A stretch of 63,814 nucleotides of DNA, counting the filler, from Dugesia japonica (taxonomy: Eukaryota), in NCBI GenBank assembly GCA_001938525.1. It is 5 parts of 5 records of this genome, joined end to end, with 100 filler letters (N's around TTAATTAATTAA, not from the genome) between each part and the next. Parts side by side here need not be neighbours in the genome. Positions count along the whole stretch, not along the records: positions 55,096 to 63,814 come from MQRL01573063.1; 4 more parts are not named here. One strand, written 5' to 3'. The translations under genes were made by a program, and so were the position numbers. The notes below the pieces were generated by a model, which had not been told where the DNA came from, did no database searches, and saw only the letters and a program-made list of their open reading frames with translations. The first letter of the stretch is position 1. Every line of letters starts with the position of its first letter. Shown in pieces: positions 61,121 to 63,814 of the stretch.

Positions 61121-63814
61121 AAATTCCCAACTAAAAAGCCTCACATATTTTCCCAACTAAAACCGCAGAAAAAGTAGCCTCTCTTAATCCTATTACGTAA
61201 AATTCGTCCAATAAAATTAATCTCATGACATAATTTGTGTGCAAATAATTTTCCTAACTAAATACACAGGAAAAAGTAGTCTCATTTACGTAATAGTATC
61301 TGGACGATGTAATGCACATAAATGTGTGGCACCGCCTATTTACATTGGAAAAATATAGTCTCACTTACTTAATAATCCGAATATGTCGGAGGGGGTTATT
61401 GAATGTGTGCTGAGGTTCTCCGCTACTATCCAAATAATAATTTGTGTTGAATATAAAATTTCAAACCTCTATTAAAATTTTTAAATGAAAAGTATTTTTT
61501 AGTGTATTTTAAAATTTGATATTAAAAAAAATTTGAAAATTAGAATATTTAGCAAATGCTGATATTTGATATTTTTCACTTTTAAATATGAATTTTTAAA
61601 TTTGTTTGAAAAAAGCAAATTTATGTTTATAGTTTTGTTTTTGAATACATTTCTCTATAGAGTTGAATTTTTATATTGATGATCCGATGAGTACTCCAAA
61701 CTCATCTGACATAATATATTTCGATGGATCAACCATTATCATCGGACAAAATGAAAAATATGAGATTATTCAGTCTGTATTATTCCAACAAAGATTTAAT
61801 ACTGAATATTAAATAGTCTATAATAAAAAAAAATTTTTAAATTTTTTTTTCTTTACTTTGAAATTACATTGTTATTAAATTACTGAAAATTTTCATAAAT
61901 CGTCATTTACAGGCGTTTACATCAAAAATTCTTTTGTATCCGACATAGTGACATTTGTTGTCCACCACGATGATCTGGGACATTTTTAATAAATTGTAAT
62001 TTTTAACAAATAAAGTTTATAATTAATATTAATATGCAATACAATATTTTTTTACTATTTGAACATTTCATTTGAAAATGAACAAATAATTAATTGATGT
62101 CATTTAAGTTTACATTCTCTCTAATTATAAGTCAAAATTTTGAAATATTTTAGACATTATCAACTCATTCCTTGATGTTATCATGAACACTTATTAATGA
62201 ATTATGAAACTCAAGATTTCATAACCCTCCTCTTAAGATATTTATTCTAAACTGAATAATACAAAAATCTTTGTCAAAACTAAAAGAATAATCCAAAAAT
62301 AATTTTTAAGCGATTATCATAATTAAACTGAATTAACTTTTTAATTATTTAAATTTACTATTTAAGTTTTTATTTAAATTTTATGATTTTTAATTTTTTT
62401 GTAATGGAATAAATTAAAATTTATCTCAATGTAAATTTGAAAATTAAAAAAATCTAAACAGATATGTCAGAATCAGAATAAGATGCATTTGTATTTATGT
62501 GCATCCACATTACAATAAAGAAATTTTCTTTATTAATTAATTTCATCCCCTTTTTTAATTTCTTTTAAAAAATTTATCCCCTTTTTTAATTTCTTTTTAA
62601 AATGTTATCCCCTTTTTTAGGGAGGAGAGAGCCTTATTAGGGATAAAATCAAGAGGGAATACGCTCCACTATCTACCTAATTCTCAAAGGGGGTGATCTC
62701 CTCCTACCGGGAGACCACAGAAGAATTTTGGGAAGCCACATAAAATATTTGGGAGAATTGGAGGCCACGAAGACCAAAGTAACCACGAAAGCTTAAATTG
62801 TTAAAATTGAAAATCGAATAAAATAATAAAGAAACAAAAATACATAAACAAAAATTTTTTAAAACTTTAAATAATCATTTGAATTGGCATGTATTTTATG
62901 ATTTTAATTATTATTTATATTATAAATAGATACATTATGTATATCAAATATAGCGCACTCAAAGTACATATAACATCATTTATCCATTCATACGCCACGC
63001 GAATATTATGAATTTTCTAAAGGAGCCATGATCGATAAAAGGTTGAGATTCCCTGTTGTAGAATATTTAAACAACGTTTAATATTACATCATAATGAAAT
63101 AGTACTACATAAATATGGGTGAAAAAGAGTACAATATCAAGAAATTAAAACTTGAATAAAATTCCACAAATATTAGCAAATATTAAAAAGGGCATTTATT
63201 ATAATTTATATCTCAAGAGTAGAACCATCCACGATATATAGAAACATTTCTGGACGCATGTTGTTTGCATAACACATATATGAGTGTGGTGGGCTCAGTT
63301 TTATCAAACTACTAGATGAATATTTGGTCTAATCAATTATTGCCTCCCAAAGTATTATTAATTGCAGACACACAATTTTTAAAGAACTTTCAACAGCCGA
63401 ATCAATCACTGGTTGCGACAATAATGAAGAAGCATTAGAAAAATTGAAAGAACTCTCTTTATTGCAAGAAAAAAGAATATTTTCTTATTGTGTACTTTTT
63501 AATAAGGGTGTACTTACATTAGATTATTTTAAAATTCAATTTAAAAACATTAACATTAACTTTTATTATCAATAACTTAACGATACAAAGTGGAGGTCTT
63601 TTCAATTATTTCGTCAATATCATTTGACAGTTGTAGAAGATTTAATTTATCCCTGATTATGTTTTTCGCCATTTATTTTGACTTCTTTGTTATTTTATGC
63701 ACTGATGAACTGTATCTTCCGAGACATCAAAATAATCATTTATTATTATTTATTTATTATTTATTTATTATTTATTTATTATTTATTTATTTATTATTTA
63801 TTTATTATTTATTT

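Noticed and set aside
62860-63740. Possible decayed Penelope GIY-YIG region with a hammerhead-like CTGATGA..GAGAC at about 63702-63725
   Set aside because: The GAAA core is altered, there is no convincing stem II, and the protein motifs are too eroded to support a call.

Overview
Very AT-rich eukaryotic (animal) genomic DNA, not prokaryotic. It has spliceosomal introns of 38-56 bp, an 18S rRNA fragment and host genes for FAM92/CIBAR, EAF6 and ELAV. A flatworm such as a triclad planarian is plausible but is only an inference. Four identical 100-bp artificial spacers (N44-TTAATTAATTAA-N44) show the window is five concatenated scaffolds (1-19795, 19896-33465, 33566-45987, 46088-54995, 55096-63814), so neighbourhood across those joins means nothing. 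The main feature is a decayed, nearly complete endogenous Maverick/Polinton (adintovirus-like) genome at about 21160-33465. It carries protein-primed PolB with an HNH/EndoVII insert on the + strand. On the - strand it carries major capsid (truncated by the scaffold end), packaging ATPase, penton, adenain-type protease, core/membrane proteins, and a zinc finger-PLA2-integrase gene in which a parvovirus-type phospholipase A2 reads in frame into the integrase across a protease-site-like linker. Also present: remnants of a second Maverick lineage, with a nearby repeat family carrying clustered E2F/CDE-CHR-like sites and a spliced small gene; two tandem diverged copies of an unexplained spliced coiled-coil module (13600-18100); a Penelope element with a minimal hammerhead ribozyme; an 18S/RLE-retrotransposon chimera; and many decayed hAT, mariner/Tc1, Gypsy and satellite sequences. 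All protein calls come from motif recognition in manual translations; no database search was run.
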